Below, piece by piece: positions 49,800-61,317 of a DNA stretch of 64,000 nucleotides. The DNA is taken from the NCBI GenBank assembly GCA_964406935.1, contig CAYOTM010000001.1:11092-75091 (forward strand), written 5' to 3'. The DNA is from an uncultured Gammaproteobacteria bacterium (GTDB lineage Bacteria > Patescibacteriota > Patescibacteriia > Patescibacteriales > UBA12465). A model generated the notes under the pieces. The model ran no database searches and was not told the origin of the DNA. It saw nothing but the letters and a program-made list of their open reading frames with translations. A program made the position numbers and the translations under genes. Position 1 is the stretch's first letter. Each line of letters begins with the position of its first letter.

Positions 49800-49834
49800 A
49801 AGTGTTTATAAATTATTAATCCACTGGCTTAAAA

Positions 49835-50296
49835 CTAAGACTTACCACCACCAGGATTATTCAAGCGACGCCAACGGGTAACCGCTCGCAGACGAGCTAA
49901 TTCTCGTTCTAATTTAACAGCGATTTCCGTAAATTCAATCTGGTCTTGAGATTGCACTTGTTTTTTATATTCCTCAGCTCGCTGTTGCGCTTCAGCTACC
50001 GCCTGATCATCTAATTCAGACGCTCGCTCAGCTGAGTCAGCTAAAATAACTACTTTACTTTTTAAAACTTCCACAAAACCTCCAGAAACTGACATGATTT
50101 CCGTGGAATCATCATCTAATTTAGCCTCAATCACACCTGGTTTTAAAATGGAAACTAAGGGGGCGTGTTCAGGTAAAATAGTAATTTCGCCCTCAACTGT
50201 CGGGATAGTTACTTGCTTAGCTTGCCGTTTTAAAACTACTCTTTCAGGGGTGGCAATTTCAAATTTTATATTTTTAGCTGACATAATAACAAACAA
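49835..50296 (-). CDS. atpC: F0F1 ATP synthase epsilon subunit
   Basis: KFEIATPERVVL...ITILPEHAPLVSILKPGVI; 153 aa with a basic C-terminal extension. Confidence 0.85.
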   Translation of the reverse strand: MFVIMSAKNIKFEIATPERVVLKRQAKQVTIPTVEGEITILPEHAPLVSILKPGVIEAKLDDDSTEIMSVSGGFVEVLKSKVVILADSAERASELDDQAVAEAQQRAEEYKKQVQSQDQIEFTEIAVKLERELARLRAVTRWRRLNNPGGGKS

Positions 50297-50301
50297 AATA
50301 A

Positions 50302-51693
<1,392 letters not shown>

Positions 51694-51730
51694 TTATATT
51701 CGCTAAACGCGTTAAATTATCTTTAAATAT

Positions 51731-52684
51731 TTATTGAGCTAAAGCATTAGCACCAGCACTAATTTCAGCAATTTCCGAAGTAATGCTAGCTTGACGAGCT
51801 TTGTTGTAAAGCAAATTAAGTTCTTCTGATAAATCAGAAGCAGCCTTACTGGCTTTATTCATTGATGACATGCGAGCACTATGCTCAGAAGCATTGGACT
51901 CTAACATCGCCTGTAATAATTGAACCTCTAATAAGCGGGGGATAATTTGATCAAGCACGTCTTCGGGACTAGGTTCATAAGTAAAAATATAAGGAGCTTC
52001 ACTGCCGGCTAAATATTTTTTTTCTTTAGCCGCTACAAAATCTTTAGTGATCCCGATTCGCTCGTCTTGGCCAACAACTCCCAAGTATTCGTCTTCCACA
52101 TCAATTTCCACTGGTAAAATTTGTTTAACTCGAGGCATCTGACGAACGACATTAACAAAGTCAGTATAAGCAACAAAAACTTTATCATACTGATTATTTA
52201 AAAAACCATCAATCACCATTTTAGCTAAGGGACGAACAGCAGCAACCTCAAACATCGAGTCAGACTTTTCAAATTCAGCTACTACTGGATATTTATAGCG
52301 AGAATAAATAGCTAAGCCTTTCTTTCCAATAACAATAAATTCGGTTTCTAAATTACCATGTTTTTTAATTGATTCCCGAGCTTTATTTAAAATTGCGGAA
52401 TTAAAGCTGCCACACAAACCACGATTAGAACTAATTAAAATAATTACTATTTTTTTAATATCCGCGCGCTTAGCTAACAGGGGATGAAGATGTTTACTGG
52501 CATTAGATGAGGAAGCAATATTTAAAACCGTCATCCAACTTAAATTAGCATAAGTTCGAGTTTTTAAAACTGCTTCGGTTGCTTTACGCATTTTAGCCGC
52601 CGCCACCATCTCCATTGCCTTGGTAATCTTCTTAGTATTATTAATGGAACGTAAACGACGAGAAATTTCTTTAGTTTTAGCCAT
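51731..52684 (-). CDS. atpG: F0F1 ATP synthase gamma subunit
   Basis: MAKTKEISRRLRSINNTKKITKAMEMVAAAKMR... and C-terminal ITSEIAEISAGANAL. Confidence 0.9.
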   Translation of the reverse strand: MAKTKEISRRLRSINNTKKITKAMEMVAAAKMRKATEAVLKTRTYANLSWMTVLNIASSSNASKHLHPLLAKRADIKKIVIILISSNRGLCGSFNSAILNKARESIKKHGNLETEFIVIGKKGLAIYSRYKYPVVAEFEKSDSMFEVAAVRPLAKMVIDGFLNNQYDKVFVAYTDFVNVVRQMPRVKQILPVEIDVEDEYLGVVGQDERIGITKDFVAAKEKKYLAGSEAPYIFTYEPSPEDVLDQIIPRLLEVQLLQAMLESNASEHSARMSSMNKASKAASDLSEELNLLYNKARQASITSEIAEISAGANALAQ

Positions 52685-52695
52685 AATAAAAACAA

Positions 52696-54219
52696 TTAAA
52701 GAAGGTAATCAAGCGTGGCTTTATATTCTTCAATTAAATGCTTAATTTTACCCTCCACTTCTTCAGTTAACTCTTGGGTTTTATCGATTAACAGTAAACT
52801 TTCATTATTTAAATCAGCGAAAGAAAAGAGACCCGTTTCAAATTCCTTCATTTTTTCTACGGGCACATTGTCAGTATAACCATTAATGAGAGCGTAATAG
52901 ATTAATACCTGTTTAGCGACGGAAACGGTCTCATATTGATCTTGCTTAAAGATTTCGTATAAACGTTTGCCTCTTTCTAATTTATTTTTTGTATCTTCAT
53001 CTAAATCAGAGCCGAATTGAGCAAAAGCGGCTAATTCTCGATATTGGGCGGCCTCTAAACGCATTTTACCAGCCACTTTTTTCATTGCCTTAATTTGAGC
53101 GGCTGAGCCGACCCGCGACACTGACAAGCCAGCATTCACTGCTGGTCGGTTACCTTGATAAAACAAGTCTGGCTCTAAATAAATTTGACCATCAGTAATG
53201 GAAATTACATTAGTAGGAATATAGGCAGAAACATCACCGGCTTGAGTTTCAATAATTGGCAAGGCAGTAATTGATCCGCCACCGTAATCTTTGTTTAATT
53301 TGCAAGATCTTTCTAACAAACGAGAGTGTAAATAAAAAACATCACCCGGATAAGCTTCACGCCCCGGAGGACGACGCAGTAATAGAGAAATTTCTCGATA
53401 AGAGGAGGCATGCTTGGATAAATCATCATAAACAATTAAAACGTCCTCACCCTTATCTAAAAAGTATTCCGCAATCGCACAGCCAGCATAGGGAGCAATA
53501 TATAATAAAGAAGCTGGACTAGAAGCCCCTGCTAAAACAATAGTGGTGTACTCTAAAGCGCCACTTTCTTTTAGCTTCGCGACTATACCAGCAATTTTTG
53601 ATTCTTTTTGACCAATAGCGACATAAACGCATTTCATTTTTTTGCCTTTTTGATTAATAATCGTATCAATTGCAATCGCGGTTTTACCAATTTGACGATC
53701 ACCAATGATCAGTTCTCGTTGACCACGACCAATCGGAATCATCGCGTCAATCGCTTTAATCCCAGTTTGTACTGGCTGACTAACTGATTCACGAGTAATT
53801 ACGCCGGGAGCAATTTTTTCAATGGGATAAAATTTGGCTGGGTTAATATCACCCTGACCATCTAGAGCTTGGCCCAAAGGATTAACTACTCGGCCAACTA
53901 ATTCTTCGCCAACCGGAACTTCTAAAATACGGTTTAAACAAAGCACTTCGTCACCCTCACTAATCCCACTTGACTCTCCTAAAATAATGGCGCCGACACT
54001 ATCTTCTTCTAAATTTAAAACCACGCCATAAATTGAGCCCTGGGCAGTTTTAAATTCTAACATCTCCGACATCATCGCCTGAGAAATACCAGCAATTCGG
54101 GCAATGCCATCGCCGACTTCAACTACTTTGCCAAAATTTTGTTCTTTGACTTCTGGTTTAAAGTTTTCTAATTGACCTTTAAGTTGTTCGATAATAAAGT
54201 CTTTCGTGTTGTTCGCCAT
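52696..54219 (-). CDS. atpA: F0F1 ATP synthase alpha subunit
   Basis: [18 protein letters not shown] Walker A; 507 aa. Confidence 0.95.
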   Translation of the reverse strand: MANNTKDFIIEQLKGQLENFKPEVKEQNFGKVVEVGDGIARIAGISQAMMSEMLEFKTAQGSIYGVVLNLEEDSVGAIILGESSGISEGDEVLCLNRILEVPVGEELVGRVVNPLGQALDGQGDINPAKFYPIEKIAPGVITRESVSQPVQTGIKAIDAMIPIGRGQRELIIGDRQIGKTAIAIDTIINQKGKKMKCVYVAIGQKESKIAGIVAKLKESGALEYTTIVLAGASSPASLLYIAPYAGCAIAEYFLDKGEDVLIVYDDLSKHASSYREISLLLRRPPGREAYPGDVFYLHSRLLERSCKLNKDYGGGSITALPIIETQAGDVSAYIPTNVISITDGQIYLEPDLFYQGNRPAVNAGLSVSRVGSAAQIKAMKKVAGKMRLEAAQYRELAAFAQFGSDLDEDTKNKLERGKRLYEIFKQDQYETVSVAKQVLIYYALINGYTDNVPVEKMKEFETGLFSFADLNNESLLLIDKTQELTEEVEGKIKHLIEEYKATLDYLL

Positions 54220-54240
54220 ATAAATATTTTTAGATTATAT

Positions 54241-54645
54241 TTATTTAATTTTTAAATATTGACGCCAAGCGCTTAAACGAGATTTGAGGCTGGCATCTAA
54301 AATTTTGTCACCAAATCGTAAAATAAAACCACCATATAACCTAGGGTCAACTTCTTCTTTCCAGTCTAGAACTGCTCCTGGTGATTTTGTTTGTAAATAA
54401 TTTTTAATTTGTTGTTTTAAGTCAGCGGATAACTGATGAGCTGACAATACCGTGGTTTCAATTGATAGACCTTCTTTTTGATATAAAGATTCTAAATAAA
54501 AAATCACTTTCCTAACTGATCCTAAACGATTATGGCTGTCTAATAGTTTAATAAAATTAGCAATAATTAACTTAGCTTCTTGAGGTGATTTTCCTCGAAG
54601 ACTTAAAAATAAAGCAATCGCGTATTTTTTAGGACTAATTTTCAT
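54241..54645 (-). CDS. atpH: F0F1 ATP synthase delta (OSCP) subunit, unusually short
   Basis: The C-terminal OSCP-like region is conserved (EVDPRLYGGFILRFGDKILDASLKSRL), but the protein is only 134 aa against the usual ~175-180; the N-terminal domain is reduced. Confidence 0.65.
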   Translation of the reverse strand: MKISPKKYAIALFLSLRGKSPQEAKLIIANFIKLLDSHNRLGSVRKVIFYLESLYQKEGLSIETTVLSAHQLSADLKQQIKNYLQTKSPGAVLDWKEEVDPRLYGGFILRFGDKILDASLKSRLSAWRQYLKIK

Positions 54646-54647
54646 AA

Positions 54648-55145
54648 TTATTTACCTAGATCATCAGTAATTTTTTTAATAATTTTAGCATCTTCTTGAG
54701 AATCAATTTTTTGAGCTAAAAATTTCTCCACGCCAAAAGTCAAAAGACTGGAAATTTCTCGTTTAATCTCTTGCAAAACTTCTTCCTTTTCTAAACGAAT
54801 TTTACCCCGTTCTTCATTAATAATTACGCCAATATCTTCTTTAGATTTTTTAATAATTTCTTGATATTTAAGCTCAGCTCGATCCTTGGCCTCCTCCACG
54901 ATTGTTAAGGCCTCTTTTTTAGCGGCAACAATAATTTCTTTTTGTTGATCTTCAGCCTCTTTTAGCTTAAGCTCCGCTGCCTCAGCCGATAATACTCCTT
55001 GCTCAATCTTCTTACGACGATCTTCCAGTAATTTCAAAATCGGCTTATAGGCAAAACGCCATAAGACAAAAACTAAAATTGCAAAATTTATAAATTGGGC
55101 AAATAAAATTTTTACATCTAAGCCCAAGGCATCAAATAATCCCAT
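54648..55145 (-). CDS. atpF: F0F1 ATP synthase b subunit
   Basis: Single N-terminal TM helix plus a long charged helix; correct position in the operon. Confidence 0.75.
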   Translation of the reverse strand: MGLFDALGLDVKILFAQFINFAILVFVLWRFAYKPILKLLEDRRKKIEQGVLSAEAAELKLKEAEDQQKEIIVAAKKEALTIVEEAKDRAELKYQEIIKKSKEDIGVIINEERGKIRLEKEEVLQEIKREISSLLTFGVEKFLAQKIDSQEDAKIIKKITDDLGK

Positions 55146-55214
55146 AGAAAAAAATTAAAAAACAAAGATATCTAACCCTTTAAAAAGAGTTAGACTGTCT
55201 TTATGTTTTAAGCT

Positions 55215-55454
<240 letters not shown>

Positions 55455-55486
55455 TTAAATATTAAAATTTTTATAATACAAATTTA

Positions 55487-56236
55487 TTAAGCTTTAACTG
55501 TTTCCTCTTCGCCTATATCTGAAGCCATCGAAATAAACACTAAGGTTAGCACTGAAAAAACAAAGGCTTGCACCACAGCTGTTAATAAGCCTAAAAACAT
55601 AAAAGGCAGAGGAACAAAAAACGGAACTAAAAATAACATCACTGCTCCTAAAACTTCGCCGGCAAAAATATTACCAAATAAACGAAAAGATAAAGAAATA
55701 ATTTTTGCTAACTCGCCAATTAAATCCATAATTCCTAAGAAAAATTTCAAAGGACTACGAAAATTAAGAAAACGACCTAAATAGGAAAAGGGGCCGCTGA
55801 CGGCAATCGCTACAATTTGGGAAGTAATGACGGCAATTAAAGTCATTATAAATACTAAACCATAATCAGCCGCAACGGCACGAAATACCGGAATAAATTC
55901 ACCTCCTTGATTTAAGGTAATAGCAGCTTGTCCGGGAATAAAAACTAGTAAATTAGCAATTAACACAAAGAAAAACATTGTTCCAACTAAAGGAAAGGCT
56001 CGCTCCGCCTTCTTGCCAGGACCAATAATTGATTCGGTAAAATCATAAGCGCCCCCAATTAACATTTCAATAACATTCTGCACTTTTCCGGGAATCATTT
56101 TTAAATTAGCCTTTAAAACAATTGCCCCAATAATTAGCAAGAGCCATAACCAAAAAAACCAAAAGAAGGAATTGGTAATTGGCCACGAACCAATATAGAA
56201 AAGCACCTGTGGCGCTAAAGAAATATTTAAGCCCAT
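55487..56236 (-). CDS. atpB: F0F1 ATP synthase a subunit
   Basis: SLSFRLFGNIFAGEVL (the conserved stator Arg); 5-6 TM helices. Confidence 0.85.
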   Translation of the reverse strand: MGLNISLAPQVLFYIGSWPITNSFFWFFWLWLLLIIGAIVLKANLKMIPGKVQNVIEMLIGGAYDFTESIIGPGKKAERAFPLVGTMFFFVLIANLLVFIPGQAAITLNQGGEFIPVFRAVAADYGLVFIMTLIAVITSQIVAIAVSGPFSYLGRFLNFRSPLKFFLGIMDLIGELAKIISLSFRLFGNIFAGEVLGAVMLFLVPFFVPLPFMFLGLLTAVVQAFVFSVLTLVFISMASDIGEEETVKA

Positions 56237-56333
56237 ATTACTACAAAAAAGGTTTAATCACCCGAAAAATTTATTTTTTTAATTATTTATTTGATTCACT
56301 TAAATTACCGGTTGAGATGTTGACAACTGACTA

Positions 56334-56645
56334 TTAAGCTTTAGGCTCAGCCAAATTATCGTTTAAAACACTATCTCTCTGCTCTTTGGCTTTGGCTTTT
56401 TCAGCTAAAGCTTCATCGCGAAATTTATCCATTAAACGGTTTATTTTTTTTATTTTTTTAAATAATAAAATATTAGTTACAACAAAAGCCACTAAAATAC
56501 TGAGCAATAAAATTAAGGGGTAAGTCTTAAAAACTTTGTCTAATAACAAACCAATTCCTCCGATAATTAATAATGGCCCTAAAATTGAGCCTAGACTATA
56601 CATGGCGCTGGCAATGGCGATTTCTCGTAATGATTTTTTGTCCAT
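56334..56645 (-). CDS. AtpZ/AtpI-like small membrane protein, first gene of the atp operon
   Basis: 103 aa with two TM helices, directly upstream of atpB. Confidence 0.45.
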   Translation of the reverse strand: MDKKSLREIAIASAMYSLGSILGPLLIIGGIGLLLDKVFKTYPLILLLSILVAFVVTNILLFKKIKKINRLMDKFRDEALAEKAKAKEQRDSVLNDNLAEPKA

Positions 56646-56688
56646 TTGATAATCAATTAAAGAATATAAGCTCCCTTTACCTAGTATT

Positions 56689-56717
56689 TATATAAAGCAA
56701 TTATAATAAAAAGTCAA
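56689..56717 (-). promoter_or_regulatory. promoter candidate for the atp operon
   Basis: Minus strand: TTGACT, 17-bp spacer, TATATA. Confidence 0.3.
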
Positions 56718-56741
56718 GATTATAAATAAATTATTGAAGTC

Positions 56742-57593
56742 TTAAATAGCAAACAAACGACGGGCATTAGCGGTGGTAACATCAGCTACTTTACTTAAAG
56801 GTATCCCCCTAATTTCAGCAATTCGATTAGCCACATATTGAACCAACATTGGCTCATTGCGTTGACCACGATAAGGCTCAGGTGTCATGTAGGGGGCGTC
56901 CGTTTCGATCATAATTTTTTCTAAAGGTACCTTTCTTAATAAATCATCCCAGTTTTTACTAAAAGTAATCAAACCGGTAAATGAAACCATTAGACCCAAG
57001 GAAAAATATTTCCAAGCCAAATCTTCATCTCCGGAAAAACAATGCATCACCCCCCAGGGCTGATTATCAGAAATAAGATCGGCATAATTCTTACGAAAAT
57101 CTTGAAGCATGGAAAACATATCATCATGGGCTTGGCGACAATGAATAATTACTGGTAAATTTAATTTTCTGGCTAATATTAGTTGTTTTAAAAAGACTTC
57201 TTGTTGTTTGCGCTTAAGAACGGCTGGGTCTTTTTCAGGATTTAAATGATAATAATCTAAACCAGTTTCACCAATCGCTACCACTTTTTGAAACTTGGCT
57301 AAATTTTCATAAGTTTCATAATTAAATTCTTCAGCTCGACCAGAAAAGGCGTAATCACCACTTTCATTTTTATCAATCACTCGCGAATCATCTAAATGGA
57401 TAGGATGTAGTCCGGCAGCCGCATAAACACCTCTTTCGTATTTATTAGCAAAACTTAAAGCTCGATTAGAAGTTTTATATTCTGAACCAACTAAAATCAT
57501 CCAAGTATCATTTTCTAAAGAGCGCCGAATCACAGCGTCAGCATCATCTTTAAAAGCAGAGAAATTAACATGAGTATGAGTATCAATAAACAT
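56742..57593 (-). CDS. tatD: TatD-family metal-dependent hydrolase/DNase
   Basis: MFIDTHTHVNF plus conserved His/Glu/Asp ligands (GETGLDY, HCFSG, ETDAPY). Confidence 0.85.
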   Translation of the reverse strand: MFIDTHTHVNFSAFKDDADAVIRRSLENDTWMILVGSEYKTSNRALSFANKYERGVYAAAGLHPIHLDDSRVIDKNESGDYAFSGRAEEFNYETYENLAKFQKVVAIGETGLDYYHLNPEKDPAVLKRKQQEVFLKQLILARKLNLPVIIHCRQAHDDMFSMLQDFRKNYADLISDNQPWGVMHCFSGDEDLAWKYFSLGLMVSFTGLITFSKNWDDLLRKVPLEKIMIETDAPYMTPEPYRGQRNEPMLVQYVANRIAEIRGIPLSKVADVTTANARRLFAI

Positions 57594-57603
57594 AAGTTAA
57601 AAA

Positions 57604-58686
57604 TTATAAACCAGCCTCTTCTAAAGCTTGGCGTTGTTTACGAGACAAACCACTGGGAACTTTAATTTTAATAAGCACAAAATGATCACCTTGACCCCGA
57701 CCATTAATTTTACTAATTCCTTTATCTTTTAAGCGAAAAATTGCCCCTGAAGGAGTGCCGGCCGGAATTTTTAATTTAACCGGGCCATGAATGGTTAACA
57801 CCTCTATTTTATCACCATCAGCCGCTTGGGAAAAATTAATTTGTTGTTCACTTTTAATATCATAGCCCTGACGATTAAAATTTTTATCCGGAGCCACTTT
57901 GATCCGTAAATATAGATCGCCAGCTTCACCTTGATCTAAAATTTCTCCCTTACCAGTTAAACGAAGACTACTGCCGTCATCAATTCCCGCTGGAATCTTT
58001 GCTTTAAAATTTACTTTTTCTTTGCTAGTGCCCGAACCGTGACAATCGCGACAAACAGTTTTAGGGATCTTCCCTTTACCCTGACAGTTAGGACAAGTAG
58101 ATTCCATTTGAACATTTCCTAAAATAGTTTGTTGCAAACGACTTACTCGTCCGCGACCATTACAAGTAGGACAGGTGTTTAATTCGCTTCCTGGTTCTGC
58201 TCCCTTTCCTTGACAGCGCTGACACAAGCCTTGACGAGTATAAGAAATTTCTTTTTCGGTACCAAAAACTGCTTCCGAAAAACTTAAGTTTACCGACATC
58301 TCTAAATCACGTCCGCGCTTAGCTGATCGTCGACCGCTAGAACGATTACCACCGAAACCAAACCAATCGCCAAAACCACCAAAAATATCATTTAAATCTT
58401 CAAAGTCAACTTGAAAACCGCCATTATTTTGAAAGCCAGAAAAACCACCCCAATTATGAGCGCCTCCCTGAGCACCATTAAAAGCAGCTTCACCAAATTG
58501 ATCGTATCGGCGACGCTTATCAGCATTATTTAAAACTTGATAAGCTTCATTGATTTCTTTAAACTTATCAGCGTCCCCGCCTTTATCAGGATGGTGTTGA
58601 TGAGCTTTTTTGTGAAAAGCCTTTTTAATTTCCTCTGAACTAGCCTGACGACCAATTCCTAAAATATCATAGTAATCTTTAGCCAT
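57604..58686 (-). CDS. dnaJ: chaperone DnaJ
   Basis: J domain (DYYDILGI...HPDK), Gly/Phe-rich region, four CxxCxGxG zinc-finger repeats. Confidence 0.9.
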   Translation of the reverse strand: MAKDYYDILGIGRQASSEEIKKAFHKKAHQHHPDKGGDADKFKEINEAYQVLNNADKRRRYDQFGEAAFNGAQGGAHNWGGFSGFQNNGGFQVDFEDLNDIFGGFGDWFGFGGNRSSGRRSAKRGRDLEMSVNLSFSEAVFGTEKEISYTRQGLCQRCQGKGAEPGSELNTCPTCNGRGRVSRLQQTILGNVQMESTCPNCQGKGKIPKTVCRDCHGSGTSKEKVNFKAKIPAGIDDGSSLRLTGKGEILDQGEAGDLYLRIKVAPDKNFNRQGYDIKSEQQINFSQAADGDKIEVLTIHGPVKLKIPAGTPSGAIFRLKDKGISKINGRGQGDHFVLIKIKVPSGLSRKQRQALEEAGL

Positions 58687-58712
58687 ATTTTATTATCTTT
58701 TAAATAGTCAAC

Positions 58713-58747
58713 CTCTCCGATAAACAGAGAGGCAGACCGATAAAAAG
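58713..58747 (-). promoter_or_regulatory. intercistronic stem-loop between dnaK and dnaJ
   Basis: CCTCTC-cgataaaca-GAGAGG; possible mRNA processing or attenuation site. Confidence 0.3.
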
Positions 58748-58761
58748 ACAATATTTTTTAT

Positions 58762-60690
58762 TTATTTGCTTTCCGGCTTGTCATCATCGACTTCGCCTTC
58801 AACTACTTCGCTGTCATCTTCATTTTTGGGAGATTCTTGCTTGGGAGTTTCTCCGGGATTATCTCCACTAGCTTGAGCACCAGCTTGATTGGCTGCCTGA
58901 TACATTGCCGCTCCAATTTTTTGAGCTAAATTATTCATTTCTTCTAATTTCTTTTTGAGATCCTCTAAATTATCAGCTTCTTGAGCGGTTTTTAATTCCG
59001 TTACTTTAGTTTCCAGTTCCGCTTTATCAGTATCCGAGATTTTATCAGCTGATTCTTTTAACATTTTTTCCGTAGTAGAAATAACGGCATCAGCTTGATT
59101 TTTAATTTCTACTTTTTCTTTTTTCTGACGATCTTCTTCGGCATGAACCTCAGCATCTTTCTTCATTTTTTCAACTTCCTCGGGTGATAAACCAGAAGAG
59201 GCGGTAATCGTAATTTTTTGCTGCTTATTAGTCGCCTTATCAGTCGCACTAACATTTAAAATTCCATTAGCATCAATATCAAATTTTACCTCTACCTGAG
59301 GGACACCCCGAGGGGCTGCCGGAATACCATCTAAAATAAAGCGTCCTAGGGTTTTATTGTCAGCGGCCATTGGTCTTTCTCCTTGAACAACATGAATTTC
59401 GACACTAGTTTGACCATCAGCGGCGGTCGAAAAAACTTGTGATTTTGAAGTTGGAATCGTGCTGTTTCTATCAATTAAAGTAGTGGCTACTCCACCTAAA
59501 GTTTCAATTCCTAAATTTAAAGGAGTAACATCTAATAAAAGAACATCTTTAACGTCACCCTGTAAAACACCAGCTTGAACCGCTGCTCCTAGAGCCACTA
59601 CTTCATCAGGATTAACACTTAAGTTTGGTTCTTTGCCAAAAAACTCCTTAACTTTTTGCTGAACAATCGGCATTCTGGTCATCCCGCCGACCAAAATCAC
59701 TTCTTCAATATCGGTAACCTTATAACCAGCGTCGGCCAAAGCTTTTTTGCACGGCTCAATTGTTTTCTCAACTAAATCGCTAACCAATGACTCTAATTTA
59801 GACCGACTAAGTTTCATTACTAAATGTTTAGGCCCATTGGCATCGGTGCTAATAAAAGGTTGGTTAATTTCTGTTTCCATGGCCGTGGAAAGTTCAATTT
59901 TTGCTTTTTCCGCCGCTTCTTTGATGCGTTGCAAAGCGAGAACATCTTTAGATAAATCAATTCCTTGATCTTTTTTAAATTCTTCGATAATCCAAGCAAT
60001 TATTCTTTGATCAAAGTCCTCGCCACCTAAGTGAGTATCCCCAGTGGTTGCTTTAACTTCAACCGTATCAGCTGAAATATCTAAAACCGAGACATCAAAA
60101 GTTCCTCCTCCTAAATCATAAACTACTACTTGTTGACCCTTCTTTTTGTCAAAGCCATAAGCTAAGGCGGCGGCCGTTGGTTCATTAATAATCCGCTTAA
60201 TTTCTAAACCAGCGATTTGACCAGCATCTTTAGTGGCTTGACGTTGAGAGTCATCAAAATAAGCCGGCACAGTAATGATGGCTTCAGTTATTTTTTCCCC
60301 TAATTTAGACTCAGCATCAGCCTTCATCTTAGCCAAAATCATGGCTGATACTTCTTGGGGAGAATATTCTTTGTCTCCCATTTTTACCTTAACACCTTCA
60401 CCTGATTTTACAATTTTATAAGGCGCAGTTTGTAAATCACGTTGCACTTCTTCATCTTCAAAGCGACGCCCGATTAAACGCTTAACCGCATAAACCGTGT
60501 TTTCAGGGTTAATCACCGCTTGGCGCTTAGCTGATTGACCAGCTAAACGTTCGTTATTTTTGGAAATAGCAACGATTGAAGGGGTGGTACGATTGCCTTC
60601 AATATTTTCAATTATTTTAGGACTACCTCCCTCCATAATCGCCATCGCACTATTGGTAGTTCCTAAATCAATTCCTAAAATTTTTCCCAT
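58762..60690 (-). CDS. dnaK: chaperone DnaK (Hsp70)
   Basis: [27 protein letters not shown]; 642 aa. Confidence 0.95.
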   Translation of the reverse strand: MGKILGIDLGTTNSAMAIMEGGSPKIIENIEGNRTTPSIVAISKNNERLAGQSAKRQAVINPENTVYAVKRLIGRRFEDEEVQRDLQTAPYKIVKSGEGVKVKMGDKEYSPQEVSAMILAKMKADAESKLGEKITEAIITVPAYFDDSQRQATKDAGQIAGLEIKRIINEPTAAALAYGFDKKKGQQVVVYDLGGGTFDVSVLDISADTVEVKATTGDTHLGGEDFDQRIIAWIIEEFKKDQGIDLSKDVLALQRIKEAAEKAKIELSTAMETEINQPFISTDANGPKHLVMKLSRSKLESLVSDLVEKTIEPCKKALADAGYKVTDIEEVILVGGMTRMPIVQQKVKEFFGKEPNLSVNPDEVVALGAAVQAGVLQGDVKDVLLLDVTPLNLGIETLGGVATTLIDRNSTIPTSKSQVFSTAADGQTSVEIHVVQGERPMAADNKTLGRFILDGIPAAPRGVPQVEVKFDIDANGILNVSATDKATNKQQKITITASSGLSPEEVEKMKKDAEVHAEEDRQKKEKVEIKNQADAVISTTEKMLKESADKISDTDKAELETKVTELKTAQEADNLEDLKKKLEEMNNLAQKIGAAMYQAANQAGAQASGDNPGETPKQESPKNEDDSEVVEGEVDDDKPESK

Positions 60691-60804
60691 ACTTGTAAAT
60701 ACTTTGGGGCGTTACCAGAAATTGGTTAACGGAACAAAGTTAATTATTATAATTTATTTTTATGGGTCGAGGCCCCAAAAAGAGGCATCGATACGAAAAA
60801 CAAA

Positions 60805-61245
60805 TTATTTATTTTTAGTCTGAATTTTAATAGTTTTAGGCTTAACTTCAGCTGCCTTAGGAATAAAAATCTTTAAAATTCCATCCTCATTAACAGCGCT
60901 CGCTTTTTCGCCCTCAACTTTAGTTGGTAAGGGAACAGAGCGATAAAAAGAACCTCGACGAATTTCTTTACGATAATAATTTTTATCTTCTATCTCACTC
61001 TTTTTTTCACTTTCTCCTTTAATACAAAGGACATCGTTCTCAATAGAAATATGCACTTTCTCCGGATCAATACCGGCTAATTGGGTTTCGACAATGATGT
61101 TGTCTTTGTCTTCATACATATCCAAGGCGGGAGTAAAACCAAATTGATTGCCACGCACTGCGGGCAACATTTCATTAAAGGCCTTATCCATGTCATCAAA
61201 GCCAAAGCCATCATTTAAGAAGGGACTCCATTTAATTAATGACAT
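60805..61245 (-). CDS. Hsp20/alpha-crystallin small heat-shock protein
   Basis: Alpha-crystallin domain (...VETQLAGIDPEKVHISIENDVLCIKGE...GILKIFIPK); 146 aa. Confidence 0.85.
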   Translation of the reverse strand: MSLIKWSPFLNDGFGFDDMDKAFNEMLPAVRGNQFGFTPALDMYEDKDNIIVETQLAGIDPEKVHISIENDVLCIKGESEKKSEIEDKNYYRKEIRRGSFYRSVPLPTKVEGEKASAVNEDGILKIFIPKAAEVKPKTIKIQTKNK

Positions 61246-61255
61246 ATTATTATTA

Positions 61256-61305
61256 TTTTCTGCTTAAAACTTATTTTATTCAATAAGTAGATAAGCAGAA
61301 AATTT
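61256..61305 (-). promoter_or_regulatory. extended hairpin in the hsp20 5' leader (thermosensor/attenuator candidate)
   Basis: TTTCTGCTTA...TAAGCAGAAA (10 bp) nested with CTTATT/AATAAG. The 3' arm ends about 10 nt before the AUG, and no U-run follows. Confidence 0.35.
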
Positions 61306-61317
61306 CTAAATTATTTA

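Noticed and set aside
60702-60779. Long-range complementarity (UUUGGGGC ... GCCCCAAA, 60 nt apart) in the hsp20-dnaK spacer
   Set aside because: The 5' arm lies upstream of the only plausible internal -10 (TATAAT), so it would exist only in read-through transcripts. Evidence is too weak to call a riboregulator.
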